A stretch of DNA of 64,000 bases, taken from positions 14,756,001 through 14,820,000 of the forward strand of contig NC_043016.1 of NCBI RefSeq assembly GCF_006345805.1. The letters are read 5' to 3'. Below the pieces are notes generated by a model, which searched no databases, was not told the origin of the DNA, and saw only the letters and a list, made by a program, of their open reading frames with translations. How positions within the stretch are numbered: the first letter of the stretch is position 1; every line of letters begins with the position of its first letter. Made by a program: the position numbers and the translations under genes. This stretch comes from Octopus sinensis (Eukaryota). Shown here piece after piece: positions 12,918 to 27,500 of the stretch.

Positions 12918-14734
12918 TATAAAATGCAACAGCATTAGTAATTTATGCTTCAAATAACCATTTTCATTACTTTATGAAAAATATTTTAAGCTGGTAAAAG
13001 AAATTTTTAAGAAAACTGTATGAAAAAAATGAAAGTAAAGATAGTCTTACACAAAAAATTTGAATGACTCACTTTGCAAAAATTAAGATTGAATAATAAA
13101 GCATGAACAGAATTTTATGAATTACCTCTTCAACTTGAGCCTGTGTTTGTTGCAACCGTTTACTTTGCTGGACAGGCTGAGGAGGGCCTTGTGGTGGGCC
13201 GGGAGGGCCACCAGGCTGTGGTGGGCCTGACCTAAAGAAATATATTAGACAATAAATTAACACTTTGCTTTTGAAATGAATTTAATCCAAATAAGTTTCA
13301 TAATTTAGACATCTTACTTTAAAAGGAATCTAATACAAAAACTAACTGAAAGCAATCTGACAAATTTAGTTGATAACTATATTTTAAAGGAATAAAATAA
13401 TTATCTCCGTAATCAATAATTTATTTTGATTATTCAAAACAAACTTTAATTAGCAAACAAACTTACAAAGCTAAAAAACTTCATGCTTAATACTTAAACA
13501 AGATTGGATTAATCATACTGTACATCCCCACAAAAAATGATAAAACAATTTTTTGGCAAGATATATCAAAAAGACAAGCATGACTTAATTTTTAGCAATG
13601 AAAAAAGAAGTAAATTCAATGTATTTTTTTAAGACAATAAAATTATCTCAAATGAAGATATTACACTAAACTAGAAACATTTCAACAACCTTATGGAAAT
13701 CAAGAAGATTTGCTACCTTATAACTGCTATAGAGAAATTGTTTCTGGAAATCAACTTAAAGAGATTTTCATAAATATAAGATAAAAGAATTACAAAAAAG
13801 AAAAAATTATATAAAATCAAGATAGAAAGAGTACACACACTTGTGTGTGTGTGTGTATATATATATATGTATATATATATATATCCACACACACACACAT
13901 CTTTGGGATGTTGTATAATGTGTCCAACAGAACAGTACATAAAATTTCAAGCATTTATACATGCAGCATCTGTACAATATAAGCACAGAAAACTAAAAAA
14001 ACTGAAAGAGATAGTTCTATAGAGTGCAGTATAAACAAAAAATTAAAATAAATTTACAGAGTCAACAGTGATTACAACAATGAGCAGTAGCTACAGCACA
14101 TTAACTCCGTACTTACGGTGGACCCCCAGGGCCAGCCTGTGGATTTTGTGGTCCAGACCTAAGTAAACATGGAGAAAAATGCATTAGCCACTAAAGAACG
14201 AGGATTTCTTTGAAGTATTTTTTTTATCCGTTATATATTTTTTCACCAACACTTACATGGTAAAAAGCTGTTCCAGGAGCTGTATAAATCAACAACATTA
14301 TATTACAAGCTGTGTATATAATAGAAATTTCCTCCTCTTTGATTCATCTAGAGCAGAAAATCCCATACCCAAAATATGAAGGATTATGAAAATGCTGGAG
14401 TTTTCACTTCAATTATTATTGAGGAACAGAAAAATAGAAATACACTGGTAGAAAGGAAAATTCACGTAAATCAAAATGTGATATGGTTAAAAAGGTTTGG
14501 GTAATAAGTAGTTTTAAAATGAATAGAAATTCACCAAATATGAAAATGAACAGAGTGCTAAAAAAAGTAAAATTATTTTTTTCAGGCACAGGAGTGGGTG
14601 TGTGGTAAGTAGCTAGCTTACCAACCACATAGTTCCGGGTTCAGCCGGCACCTTGGGCAAGTGTCTTCTACAATAACCTCAGGCACTAAAGCCTTGTGAG
14701 TAGATTTGGTAGACGGAAACTGAAAGAAGCCCGT

Positions 14735-14791
<57 letters not shown>

Positions 14792-17700
14792 GTGTATGTA
14801 TATATATATACCCCACCATGCTTTGCAACCGATGGGTAACTGAAAAAGTAAAAACACTTAGTAGAATCACAAACTATATTAAGGGTCGCATCAGATTGAT
14901 CAAATGAAGAGCCAATGAGGGAACCTGTACATGATTTCTTGACCTATTGGAAAAAGTTCATTGAAATCACCATTAAAAAAAAAGCTGTAAACAATGGCTA
15001 ACTGTAGTTGCAGAATATCAACTTGTAAGATCATGGCTTAAATATCTAATGGGTCTAATTTGATTCAAGTGTCTTCAAAAACAAATTATTATTTTTTTTA
15101 ATAAAAGGTCATGATGACATATTTCTTGTTAGGTTGATCCCACAATTTGAGAAGGCAAGTGGTCTGAGCCAGCAAGATTCAATTTAAAAAGAAGTTTGCA
15201 AAAAGAAAAAAAAAAAGTAGTTATGTGGAACAGGAGACGAAAATGGAAGCCTAAAAGACAATGCTTAAGTGGAAAGCAAAAGTAAAGAATCAGAAAAAAA
15301 AAAAAAATAAAATAACATTCCATAACAAGGAAAGACAAGAATGTTATGAATCTTCAATTGATTTCAACAATGAGCATTCAAATGTTCAAATCAACTTTAC
15401 CTACTTGTTAGCATTGAGGGACTAAATCAGTGAGACGACTTGTGATAGGGCTTTACAGTACAATTCATACTCAGTCTCCAGAGCTTCTAAGTACTCACTT
15501 AACCCTTTAGCATTCGAATTAATATGTCAAAAGTAATCTTTATTCATTTACATTTTAAAAAATTAATCTGGTATTATCTTGTAGCTTCAAGATTTGAAAG
15601 ATGTAATTATTTTTAGAATGACATTGCAGGGTAGGTGTGAGATACTGGTTCTGGCCAATTTGAGCATAAAATGAATAGAATATTTGAGCCGGATATAGCC
15701 GGTTTAAACACTAAAGGGTTAACCTGCTAGAAGCAACAAGCAAATCTACCTCAAACAAAATGCTAGTCTTAAAAATTAATCATATATTGTTAAACTAGGA
15801 CCGTACGAAAATATCTTCTCTCAGGAATGACAGAGCTAAGCAACTGTCATATGATACAAGGATAAAGGAAAAGCATTATACACACAGGATATTTCAGAAT
15901 AGAGCTAATTTGGTTTAAGATGCTTTTTCTTTTTTTTTTTTTAAACCAAACATATAGCTATAAATGTCAGGACTAGAGACAACTCAAGTGAAATTCTTAG
16001 CTAACAACTGAATGCTCTGTTTTGCATCTGTTGACAACAATGCTATGTGTGTGTGTGCGTGCGTGTGTGATATGGCAGATGTTTGGGAAACTTTAACCCT
16101 TTAGCAGGAAGATTACTCTTTCAAAAGTAATGTTTGTTTATTCATATTGCATTGAATTAACCATGTATTATCTTGTAGCTTTGGAATTTTAAACATAGTA
16201 GTCTAAGTGTGAGAGGTCACATTTGGCAGGTTTGAACATAAAACAATGTTTTGGCCACATATGGCCAGCTGAAGTGCCAAAAGTTTAATGAGCAGTTTAT
16301 GAAAACTGTGCAAACTACAAATGAATGCTGATAGCATGATTAGAACAAGCAATTCACACGACATTTTATACTCATTTTAATAATAAATTTCTGAAATCAG
16401 ATGACAAGCGGGCAAGAAAGAAAGATGTGGAAAATGTTCAGAAAACAGCTGTTCCTAAGTATTTCTATTCTTGTGAAAAGCTGATTGTGAAGCTAATGTA
16501 AGGAATATGGCACTGCATGGTAGAAAGACATGGTCATCAAGTGTGAATGATAACAGAAACTGAAAGAAAATGAGACAAGCAGAATCTAGTGAGTGTCTAA
16601 TGTAAATGCGAGATATAAATGTGAATAATTGAGCTGTGTGAGATGTTCATGAATGATTATCACCAACAATTGGATGTAAAGTAGATTAACCAAATTTAAA
16701 GCAAATATGGGATGGTAAGAAAGCGTGGTGCAATTTCAAAGTGCAAAAATTCTATCTGACCCATGAGAAAAATGAACGTTAAATGATAAATGTCATTGAA
16801 ATTTAACACAAAAACTAAATTCCATCTTTGGCTTTAGTTTTACATGGTAACTAATGAGGAAAATTAACTGATAGCCCTAATCATATATTTTGAAATTGCT
16901 GAATTTGGAGAAGAAATCCAAGTTTTTAGCAACCAATAGAGCTTATGAGTAAATTTAATGTGCATAGAGTGTGAAAAAGAATGATTGGGACAGGAGGGGG
17001 CAATAAGTAGTTAAATAGATAGAAAGGATAGTTGTGATCAATGGCAACATTCAGAGAAAGTTATAGAGTATCCCAAGTAGTACTGGCATATTATATTGAA
17101 GCAGGGTGGAAATTATGTGATACTAGTAAAGCAGTTAATATTATAGTCCTGGGGTGGTATGCACATTTGGCAAAGGTTTGTGCTTCTGTGAAATCAACAA
17201 AGGAGTTAATCTAGTTAGGGGATAATATTGGCTCTAATAGCAACCAAAATCCAAACTATTTTAACCACTTCTGTAGATCACAGCCTCCAGTTTATAACAC
17301 ATAAAATATCAAGAATTTCCTCCTATTAGATGCTATAGATTTCATTATAATATAATCCAACATGATTATTGGTAATTATCTCCCTGTAGCATTAATGGCT
17401 AAAAACATAAAATGAGGCTCAATTTTAAAATTGCAGTTTGCTGAACGGTTGTGAATATAATGCCGGTAAAGGCTAACATGATTAGAAGATAGACTAAAAG
17501 CTGTATGGTCCTGAGAAATGAGAATCTCTTTCTCCATACATTAAAAGAGTTTATCCAAACTCATGAACATCAGTATAGTTTTATGCAGGTTTACATATTA
17601 AAAGTATGTGCGATAGCTTACATAGAGAAAGTGGACCCTAATGAAACAATTAGCAAAACCAACAGATGCATTTTTTTCATCTACCGTTTCAATATAAACC

Positions 17701-20700
17701 AAAAAATGGCTTTTAGAAATATAAATAGGATTTCTTTCAAGAAAGCAAATGATCCATCTCGTTTTCCAATCAAGCTTTTTTAAAACCTATTTTAAGATTT
17801 GTATGCATTCTTCATTTCAACCTTTTATAACCCTTATACATGACTTTTTTTTAAAATATGTGAACATTTTTATATCTACATTCAGATATAATAAAACAAA
17901 TATTCTATGCTGATGACCTTGCTCTAATTGCTGAGTCACTATCAGAACTAGAGGAGGTTTCAAGTGTGGAAACAAGAATTAGAATCGAAGGGCCTTAGAG
18001 TCAACCTAGCTAAAACCAAATTCCTAATAAGTAGGAAGGCAGACAAACCACAAATCCCTTCAGGTAGATGGCCCTGCTCGATCTGTAGAAAAGGCATAGG
18101 TAGAAACTCTATAAGATGTACCCAGTGTAAGCTATGGACACATAAAAGGTGCAGCAATGTCAAAGGAAGGCTAACTGGGAAGATAGTTTTTGTATGTGGC
18201 AGATGCTCAGGCGCAATAAACACTGAAAATGCTCAGAGAACAGCTTCCATCACGTTACAGGGAGAAAAACAAGTAGTAGTTGATAGCTTTCGTTACCTAG
18301 GAAGTAGTGGGGGAGGGTGCGCTGAAATTGTAGCTGCTAGAATAAGAATAGCCTGGGCAAAGTTCAGAGAGCTCTTACCTCTGCTGGTGACAAAGGGCCT
18401 CTCGCTCAGAGTAAAATGTAGACTGTATGATGCATGTGTACGAACAGCCATGCTACATGGCAGTGAAACATGGGCCGTGACTGCTGAGGACATGTGTAAA
18501 CTCGCAAGGCATGAAGCCAGTATGTGCCGATGGATGTGTAATATCAGTGTGCATACTTGACAGAGTGTAAGTGCCTTGAGAGAAAAGTTGAACCTAAGAA
18601 GCATCAGATGTGGTGTGCAAGAGAGACGACTGTGCTGGTATGCCATGTGGCAAGAATGGATGTGGATAGCTGTGTGAAAAGGTTCCACACCCTAGCGGTT
18701 GAGGGAACCTGTGGAAGAGGTAGACCCAGGAAGACCTGGGATGAGGTGGTGAAGCATGACCTTTGAACATTGGGCCTCACTGAGGCAATGACTAGTGGCT
18801 GGGACCTTTGGAAATATGCTGTGCTTGAGAAGACTTGGTAAGCTCAAGTGAGACCATAACCATATGACCTATGCCAGGGGTGTAACTATCCCACTTATGC
18901 ATGCCTTTCCTTCATTGGACACTAAACTCTGCTTGTGAAGACCTGTTGAGGCAAGTGAAATCAAAATCGAAATCAAATTCAATGACTGGCATCCGTGCTA
19001 GTGGAGCGCTAAGAGTACCATATGAGCATGATTGTTGCCAGAGCAACAAACTGGCCTCCGTGCTGGTAGCACATAAAAAACGCCATTCGAGCGTGATCGT
19101 TAGCTGTGTCACCTTACTGGCACTTGAAAAACATTCAAGCAAGGTCGTTGCCAGTACCACCTGACTGGCCCTTGTGCCAATGGCATGTAAAAGCACCCAC
19201 TACACCCTTGGAGTGGTTTGCGTTAGGAAGGGCATCCAGCTGTAGAAACTCTGCCAGATCAGATTGGAGCCTGGTGCAGCCATCTGGTTCACCAGACCTC
19301 AGTCAAATTGTCCAACCCATGCTAGCATGGAAAGCAGACGTTAAACGGTAATGATGATTACATGCTATATCCAAACCACAAAACAAGTACAAGTTTGATC
19401 ATATATTTAAGAAGTTTACTCCACAGCTAAGCAGTTCCTAGTTCAGTCCCATTGTGTGGTATCCTGGGGGAAAATATCTTCAACTACAGGTTTGAATCAG
19501 TAAGTGATGAGTGGAATTTGGTAAGCACAAACTGTACAGGAGTCCATCATGTACTTGTGTGACTATTATGATGTGTTCCTTTATGTGCTGTAACTTAGTA
19601 GTCTGACAAATAGATCAATAAAATAAGTATTAGATTCAAATAAGATGTTATGAATTAAATACATAACAGTGGTGTTCCACATGGATGCATAATGAAAAAG
19701 ACAGAAAAAGCTGTATATTTGGTAACTTATTCTACTTCAAAGAAGCCTATAAACAAAGGCTTGATTCCAACTGTGACCATTTCTTTTGAGGAGCAAAGAA
19801 GGAATATATCATCAGATTTTTCTTTCATTTATCTAAGATGGTAGCAATGTAAAGTGAAAATCTCTTGGCTTTCTGTAGCAAGTTGGTCTCCTTGCTAGTA
19901 AGTGCATTAATTCTATAATTCAATGACCATATTGTAAAAATTATTAGTTGTTTTTAAACATGGCTTCCAAATTGGGACATATGTGCCTCCAGGAGTATAC
20001 TTGGTCTTCTCAAGGGTATGTAAAGGCCTGGAAGTTTAACCAAGCTGAACAATGTAGCAACAAATTTTTTACAAAACTAATTTACAGAAACCATTTCAAA
20101 ATATAGTCATTGCATGCAGCATCAGTGACCAGATGCAATCTCTCTGGCCATATCATATAGGCTGGGCAAGAATGGGAATAAATTTCAATTCAAGTATAGC
20201 CATTCCAAATTATGAAAGCTGGAATTTTCCCGTAAGTACAAAATACTCTGACTTCATTTCTCCATTTAAAAATAAAACAAAATTTCATCTTTTCCGTTTA
20301 TATAGTCTTTGACCAAGAGAACTGCATTTTTCTCAGCTCTTCAAACAAAGACCTGCTTACAATAATTCTCTCCCCAGAATCTAAGATTTGGAAATGAGTA
20401 TTGTGAAATTCCATGTGGATCATTACTTAACTGAATTACATTACATACCATAACACTATATCACCAAGACATAAATGTTAAATTATTTTCCCTGAGCTGG
20501 TACAATAAAAATATGGAAAATTATAACAGAAGATAGGAAAAACAATCTCTTGGGTTTTCTAAAAAGTAAAATCAATTGATATCAATGATCTTTAAAAAAA
20601 CAAAAAAACCCCGAATTCCTGATTTATGCTTAATGAACTTTCCCATTATTAATTGCAACTATCTCTGCTCCATCTCACTTCCAAACTTCCACGAATCTCA

Positions 20701-23700
20701 TTATTTTATTCAAAATGCAACTCCTCTGGCTGCCAACTACCATCCTAATTTACTAATCTTTCTATCCTTTAGAAATATGAACATATGAAAGAAAAAACAC
20801 ATTCAGAGATCAACTTACAGCTGAAATTTATATCCATAGTGAACAATGGTATTATTATTATTCTAGTATTTAGTTTGTCCAAAAATATTCAATGAAGTTG
20901 CATTCTTACTTGGTAACTTGAGAAAACTAACCCTGAAGTCAAAGACAAAGATATTTGACTATTTTTAAGCATAAAGTAATGCTCTAGAAATAATGATTGG
21001 GTTAAGTGGTGGTACTTTCCATCAAAACAGTAAAACGTATCCTTTGATGTTTCACTTACAATTGTTAAATGAAAACTAAGTTAAAACCACAGACAGCCAT
21101 GTCCTTCTAGCAAAAGAAGTGGTGATGTGTTCTTGGAGGTGAAACTGAAACTACAGTCCAGTGGCATATAGAAGAAGTGTCAGGAGACATTTTGAAAGAA
21201 ATAATTGGCAAGATTTATGTTTGAAATTTTGTTAGCAGTTCAACTTGGTTCTATCACCATCATTTAACATCTGTTTTCTATGTTGGCATGGAGTGAATGG
21301 TTTGACAAGCTGGCAAGTCAGTTGACTGCACCAAATTCTGCTGTCTGCATGTCCTTCCTAATGCCAACCAGTTTACAGTTGTACTGGGTGCAATTTAGCG
21401 AGGCCATCTAGCAGTATGCAAGACAGAGACCTCTCAACTGAGAGGGAAATAGTATTTGAGTGAAGCGGCTTTGTGCCAGGTGATGAGAGGCTTGAGTGTA
21501 AATAGAGGGACAGAAACAGGAGTCTTGCTGTGAAGGAGATACATGGCTGCCCAGTAAGAGGAAAGTGAGAAAACGGTGAAGGTAAATGGGGAAAATTGTG
21601 CTTCGTTGCTAGTGTTTGCATGTCATGAAAGAAATGAAGACACGAATGAATATTATTGAAGAAATCAACAAGCAGATGATGTTCGAAATAGGTTCATTTT
21701 GCAAAAATGAGTTAATAGAAAATATGAAAAGCTGCACAAATGATGGGACATGACTACTGTTAAGATGAATGTAAAGCTTCAGTAGCCCCTAATATAGTTT
21801 TTATATATCAATTTGGCAATAAACGATCTTGCCTGATTAGCTATCCAGTGAATTATCAATCAAGATTGTCCCTCCATGTTTACAAAACTTGTGTACGAAG
21901 ATTTTGGTACTATTCACAATATATCACTTCTGTACAAATGTAAACTGTTATTAAGAAATGGGAAAAAAAAGAAAAGAAATCCTTTAAGAGCTCCAAAGAG
22001 ATGCTAAAAAGGATTTTTATCACTTCCATTAGAGATCAGTTTTTTCCCTTCTGAATCTATTTCTGATGCTGTAAATGTGCTTTTCAAGGAAGAGATGGAA
22101 AAATTTGTACCTAAATTCAGAATATTTACTGCAAAATTACACCAGTGGGGAGGAAATATGCAATTTGATACACTGATCTAGAAATTCTATCATAGTAATA
22201 AATATAGTCAGAGTTCCAATGTAAGACTATTCAAATATGTAAATAGAACTTAATGGATATTCTTCAAATCTTGAAGTGTGTCTTTGGAATCCTTTAAATC
22301 ACAAATAGTCAGGTATGCAAGAGAAGCTGATACATGATAATTCTAACAAATTGAAATGATTACTCACTGGATATTCTATAAAGCTGCAAGAGAAACTTAA
22401 ATTTCCCAAAATCTTTAATGGTTAAATTTTATCAACATTTTTTTTGCCCTTAACTTTTAGAGGTACAAGGGCACTTGCCAGAAAGCCCCCAAAAATACAA
22501 AAGAACGACTTGGGTTGTTTTATTTGATTGTAATAGTTATTGTCCTTGATCTCATTCCAGACATGATCTCTTAGTGAGATTCTCAACATCAACCTTTCCA
22601 TGGCTCTGTTGGTGTTTTCATTTCAAGGCCCAAGTCTCACAGGCACATAGCATTGCAGGCAAGACCGTGTTGCCAAAGAGATTAAGTTTACCTTCAGCAC
22701 ATCCTCCTTCACCAAGTTCAATGCTCTCCACCCTGCACTTATCCTTCATGAGATCTCATTCTCTATCTCTTGCCTCATAGGCAGTTCTGGACCGAAATAC
22801 ACATAGCTGCTCACCTCTTCTATTTCATTACCTTCAACTGTTAGGTGACCAATTGGTAAACCCTCAGATCGTATGAACTTGGTATTTGTATGGTTGATCT
22901 TCAAGCCAACTGCTGAACCCCTGAAATCCAGTTTGTATAGCATTGCTTAAGCTTTGAGATAAACATATGACTACAGGCAGGATCAACCAGGGATATAACT
23001 GGAGTGAAGAACATCGTCACAGAATACCACCATACAAAGCTAAAATTGGGTGGTCATGTTGCAAGGTTTATAGACAATCAATGGACCCATGCAGTTGTCA
23101 AGTGGTACCCATGCAAATGGAAGAGACCACACAGAAGACCTCCAATCAGGTGGGGGAGAGGACTTTAAAAAAATGTTTGGAACAATGTAGAGGAGAATGG
23201 CAAGAGCATGAGGGGAATGGAGCAAATGCTGTAGCCAGCAGAATTGGCTTGGCCAATCCAGGTGAATATAGTTATTTTAGAATAATGCCATTAAATTCTT
23301 CAAACCAGTTTTACAGTCACCTGATTTTATGAAATGTGTTGCTAGACAGAGGAATAAAAGATGGACCAAGCTTATACATGTCACTTCACCTACAACTTAT
23401 TTTACTAGGGACCCACTACGCTTAAATAGAAACGAATATCCACAAGGATTATTTTATACTTTGTGTTTTATGAACTTGTAGTAAAGATTGTTTGCCAACA
23501 TAACATGGCAGTCCTGGTTTAGGACTAATGTTGCTGTAATTTCTCCTGGGGCTAAATTACAGCAACATTAGTTCTAAACCAGGACTGCCATGTTATGTTG
23601 GCAAACAATCTTTACTACAAAGTACTGTTGCTGAATATCTCACTGAGATTTAAAAAACAGTAATTTTGACTTTGTGGTTACAGATTTTCAACCGACCAAT

Positions 23701-24496
23701 AAATGATTTACTGCATTTCAATGGCAGAGTGATCAGAAGAGTATGTAAAGTTTGAATAGACTAAATACCAAATTCTTTTGTTTCAAATATTAGTTTATGG
23801 TTAATGAGTATATCCTCTGCTAATATGTTTTTCCAGTTTGTCAATTCAAATTTCATTCACAGGATATTTATCAGCACTTACCTAAGGTGCTATGCAGTGA
23901 AATCAGACACAGACCATGGCAAAGTTAACTTTGTATGTATCTGTCCACACACGTTTATTTGTTGTCTTACCTACTACTGCTCAATATAATTTGATTGTCC
24001 ACGTTTACCAAAATATATCCAATCTATGTATGAGTCTTCTAGAAATACTGGAGGGGGGGAGGGGAGAAAGATGTTCAGCTATGATATATATGCATATTTA
24101 TAAATCTGTGTTCAGTCTTGTCAACAAAAACAAGCATGTTTCATTAGTTAGGAGTTGATAGCTTTCGATGGAGGCGGTACAAAACCTATAAATGTAAATA
24201 AACTGAAATGGCATCAAACCAAAAAACGTAAAGTGAAAATTTGAAATGAAATTTAATAAATTCAAAGAGAAACAAAAAACAAACAAGAATTTAAGAAGAG
24301 CATGCATGCATATTACCATTTTTCTAAACTTTGCTGGTGTAAAAATAGTGAGTATACAGGGAGAATTCTAAGTTCCTCTAAAATGAAATAACTAAAGGAA
24401 GTCATTGAAAGTAGCAAGGACTTAGGATATTTTGGAAGCAAAATGGATTTTCTATTTGCTGAAACAAGAGGACAAATCAGTGAAATTGCTAAGTGC

Positions 24497-24536
<40 letters not shown>

Positions 24537-27500
24537 ATTGCTCAGTATTAGATGTATTTAATTCATTGGCAACTATTGTTATATGTGCATGCAACAAAAT
24601 TCTTAGTGTGAAAAAGTATATATGTAAGCTAGACACAGTGTGTGAAAAAGGAAGATAGTCCATCTTTGCACTCTTGATACAATCATTGTTACAAGGTAGC
24701 TTTAGGAGAAATGCAAAGAGCAACATTAGGATCTGTTCAGTGCATTTGTGGATCTGCCAAATGTTTGACACAGCAAACAGGAAAACTTATGAGGGTGTTC
24801 TCAGAAACTGGCTGCCTACCCAAAACTGTGTAAACTCATCTACTAGTTCTGCATAAGGATGATAGTATGAGTATTTGGAGGACAGATGTGTCTGTGCATC
24901 AACTGTAAAAACGGGTTATGTATGACTGTACACCAGTTCCTGAAATGCTTAAGATTTTCTTTACCTATACTACACAGAAGGATAAAACAGGATAATCTAT
25001 TAACTTTTTAGTTGATAAAAGTTTTCCCAACATAAAGCAGTAGATCACCACAAAGTTCAAATCTGAGCTTATAGCATGCTGAAGACTGAATAGTAATGAA
25101 AGAATGCAATTGGCAAATCATTTATCAATAGCACATGGTACCACCCTTCCAATTACTTTCTCAGCACAACAACAATAACTACCTTGCATCATTTCCAATG
25201 ACTCTGCACAAGATGAAAAAAATTCTAAATTACAGGTTTCTTACCAAGATCTTTGTCAACTGGAAAGAGTTTCCTGTAAAGTGTAAATTAAGGACTATCC
25301 GAAATGCTTCTGGAGTCCTTTAGCATCCAGTGTCTCAAGAAGATTCTTTCATTTACATGGTAAGATAGGTCTGTGCATACAAATATCTCCATTGAACGAA
25401 AACCAACAGCACTGATCAACCTAGACAAACATCAACTTGTATAGAGTGATCTGTGACACTACATGGACATATAGTTCACACACTTGACTCACATCTCCAT
25501 AGAATCCTCTACAACCAGTTACAGTATGAGCAATGCCTGGTTGGAAAGTAAAATAACTGGTTTAAAGACCATTTGACAATTCATTCAAGGATCAACAACA
25601 ACCTTCCAAAAGTCATTGCCAGCTGTCAGAGAGGAATCGAAGAGGAATATAGGGGCAAAACAAAGAATTTTGTCTGCAACCTAAATAGTACTTGAAGGTT
25701 TAGGATCATCATCCTAATCTTTGATGTGCAGCTTCAGTTGCAAATAGGACATTGGTTTAATATGTACTTTCTGTGCTTGCATGGCTCAAACAGAAATTGA
25801 GACAGATTTTCTACAGCTGAATGGCCTTTTTGTTGCCAACCCTCATACTCCCAAGCAAGATACGAGGAGGTACCCAAAAGAAACTGGAATTTTGCAATAT
25901 AATTTTATTCATTTAGTTTTACACGTTTACACTTTTATCGCCTTCAAAGTATTCTCCATTTGAAGCAATGCATCAGTTCAGGCATGTTTTACCGTGTCTG
26001 AAGCAGTGCTGGAACTCTTGCAGAGTGATGCCTTTAAACACCTCCATCATTTCTTTCTTCAACTCTTCCACATCTGCAAATTCCACAGCACCAGCTTTCA
26101 TCATCAAAAAAAGGTCCAGATCAACTTCCAACTGTTCATTCAGTTCATAACACACTCATGACAACTTTTGATCTTCCATGAGCAAGCGAGGCACAAGTTT
26201 ATTGCAACTCTTTTCATTTGCAATTCCTCACTCAAAATTCGTTGGTAGGAGCTCCAGGATACACCAGTCATATCAACTGTTGTTCAGTGATGGTCCTTCA
26301 AGATCAGTTCATGAACTCTTTATTCCTTCAGAAGGTCAATGGCCATCCTGAATGAGGTTGGCCTTCAAGCAGCAAATGACCATTCCTAGAGTGTGGAAAC
26401 CACACATAAATTTGTGTTTTGCTCACAATAGCGTCCTTGTAAGCTGTTTCAGCAGAAAACAATTTCATGGAAGTACGCTGTTCCTTCATTTCAGCCACCA
26501 CAAAAGCTGATGAACAGGGGCGATGCACTGCAAAACAAAGAGGTATCACATAGCAGTTCAACTGCACTCAATGCTGCTTATTGGCGAACTGATGCCTGAG
26601 GGTGGCATCAAGTGACTTCTAGTGATAGAAGCCTGAATTATTGGGTTGTCTGGAAAGTTCGTACGGATTTATAGTAGCTTACCTTTCAACTTATTTTAGA
26701 ACATGGTTGAGTCCATAAAATAGGATTTGACTACACCCCCATTTAGAGCACAGTTTAAGCTATCTTTTCGTGGAAGAAGATTTATGTTCCTATAATCTGT
26801 CTTAATTCTGTAACCCTTTAAAATAGAAGATAAGTTCATTTTCGGCACTTTATGCTTTTCGTTTTCCGTAAAGGGAAAAATGCCTCACAAGCAACCAAAG
26901 AAATATGCACAGCTCACGGTGGTGTTTTTTTTATCCAAACGAACTGTACGGAAGTGGTTCGCAAGGTTCCAAGCTGGAGATTGTAGCCTTATTGATAAAG
27001 AGTGCTCAGGCAGACCATCCACCACAGATGATGACCAAATCAAGTCATTATTTGAGAATAACCCACATTGCACAACCCAAGAATTGGCAGAAAGCCTCAC
27101 CCTATCAAAATCCATCATTCATGAGCACCTGGTAAAGTTTGGGTATACAAATTGCTACGATGTTTGGGTACCACATGAGTTGAGTGAGAAGAACCTTTTG
27201 GATCGCATGATAAAGCAAATTGTGACAGGTGATGAGAAATGGATTATCTACCGAAATGTTCAGAGTAAGCGACATGAGCCACCCCAAAAGCGGGTCTTCA
27301 CCCTAAAAAAGTCTTGCTTTGTGTCTGGTGGGATTGGAAAGGAATTCTGTACTATGAGCTTCTCCCAAGTAGCCAGACAATTCTGAGAAATACTGCATAC
27401 AACTGGGTGAGTTAAAAGCAGCAATTCAAGAGAAACGTCCAGAATTGGCCAACAGGAAGGGTGTTGTTTTCCAACATGATAATGCAAGACCACACATTTC

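Noticed and set aside
20090-20430. Possible piggyBac transposase relic on the minus strand
   Set aside because: Too degenerate to assign by eye
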